Source: the human T2T-CHM13v2.0 reference genome, Homo sapiens
DNA length: 64,000 nt
Direction: 5' to 3' (one strand)
NCBI RefSeq assembly: GCF_009914755.1
Contig: NC_060935.1
Position numbers and translations under genes: made by a program
The notes under the pieces: model-generated
The model's input: the letters and a program-made list of their open reading frames with translations, nothing else
The model's database searches: none
What the model was told of the DNA's origin: nothing
Shown: positions 62,346-64,000 of the stretch, piece after piece
How positions within the stretch are numbered: position 1 is the stretch's first letter
Layout: the number at the start of each line of letters is the position of its first letter

Positions 62346-64000
62346 CCTAAATACTTTTAAATAAATATACTTATCAGGATACAGAGGTCACTGTTTTTTT
62401 GGGGGTTCCAAAGAATGGAAAAGATAAAGGAGGAAGAATAAATGAAAGAAAGAGGACAAAGAACACATTGCAAACAGAATTGAAGGGATATGTTAGTTCT
62501 CTGTATCTCACTTGGCATGTCTTATAGACAAAAATGTCTCTTCTTTAGGAATAAATAAATCACAGCAAAGGATTGGAAGTCTGCAACTATCTCAAAACCA
62601 CATTCATGGGCAACCAAAATGAAGCATAAAAAGAAAAATACTTGGACTTTCAAGTTTAAAAAAGTAATAATTAATACTAAATTTTTTACATTCCACTTTA
62701 GCAATTATAAGGGCACAACATTTTTATTTCATGACAGTTATAAGATCTTTATTAATAAACTAAGTACATAAAAATAATTAAAAACCTTTGAAAAATCACT
62801 AAATGATTTAAATGTATGTGACATAGAGACACTGTGCCAATGTCACAGTAAGCCTGTCTTTCAAAAAGAAAAATAAATGTTTACTGCAAAACATCTAAGT
62901 TGTCCCAGTGTATATACATAAGTCATGGAAAATACTAATAAGCTCATTATTGCACCAATCTGATACCAAATCAGTAAGTCAATTTAGTGCTTATAATGTA
63001 GTGTTACATTGATTTAATGATGCTATTAGTGATATTTGCAGTGATTGGACTGGCATAAACAATTAATATTTAGGACTCTTTCTCCATAGAACAAACACCT
63101 AATTCCACTAATTGCCTCTAGTTCTGCTTCTATTAACTGCACACTTTGTACATGCTAATAATCTTATTATCAGCTGCTGCTGAGTTAATTAAAATTCATG
63201 TCTACAAGCATAAACCAAAATGTATGTATTCTGATCACCTTTTATACGTTAAATAAAAATGTTGGAAGACCAAATTTAAACATTAATTTCCAGAAAGTGA
63301 AAATATATTTTTAAAATGCATATGGCAAATTAACTTATAATGAGCTCAAAAGAGGTTGCAAAAATAATTTCACATTATGATGATATGATAACAGTTCAGG
63401 ATCATTTAAGAATGACATGTTCTTAAAGCAAAAAACGACATGCCAGTCCATTATTTTGTATGGAAAGTAAAATGTTTTCAGAAAAGCATTTTTCATTATT
63501 TGAGTAAAGAACTATATCTCGTTATTAATTTGCCTTTTTTCTCACTCTCTGAAAACACCTAGGATATATTTTAATTTGTTTTGGTGGTCTCATAGTCAGT
63601 CTGAAATACATTTTCTTTTTTTCTTTATATTTTGCTATTTCAGCGTTTAGCAAATAATTTCTGAGTAAATTGTATAGGTTCAGTCCTGAATGAAGAACTC
63701 TTATTTTTATTTGTTAGAGAAATGTTATATATAATATCCTATTCATATCTAGAAAAATTGATTTGAGTTTTAAAATTTTATTATTTATAACTCTAATCAT
63801 TAGTGACAATGAACATATACTGGACAGCATTTTATAATTAAGAATGTGACAATATATTTTAGCTACATTCACTTATTAATAATGAAATTAGGTAATAATA
63901 AGATATGATTAATCTTAACTGGATTTTATTCAAGAAAAATCATTCTATTTGGGTCAAATATGAAATGAAAATAAGTGTCCCTGTGTCTTAGATGTATTCC

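Overview
This is primate genomic DNA, most likely human: it carries a young AluYa4/Ya5-type insertion and an AluYd-type element. The window is AT-rich and CpG-poor, and I can support no intact host protein-coding gene, RNA gene or CRISPR array. It looks like gene desert or deep intron. It is dominated by transposon fossils: a full-length but disabled L1PA4-6 (51140-57280), an almost continuous older L1 block (about 36.8-48.3 kb), about 8 Alus, THE1/MST/MLT/MER21 LTRs, Tigger3b and Charlie DNA transposons, MIR/L2 remnants and microsatellites. Most longer listed ORFs are L1, Alu or microsatellite artefacts. Three things go beyond routine repeat annotation. (1) A 1.28 kb polyadenylated, TSD-flanked processed retrocopy splits a Tigger3b; from memory it matches the 3' end of the lncRNA NORAD. 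(2) A very recent 266-bp inverted templated insertion, 266/267 identical to a donor 2.8 kb away, replaces about 640 bp of an L1PB1. (3) Several small snap-back or hairpin scars lie inside old repeats. I found no evidence of a new biological system. Subfamily names come from recalled consensus sequences, and boundaries without a TSD are approximate.
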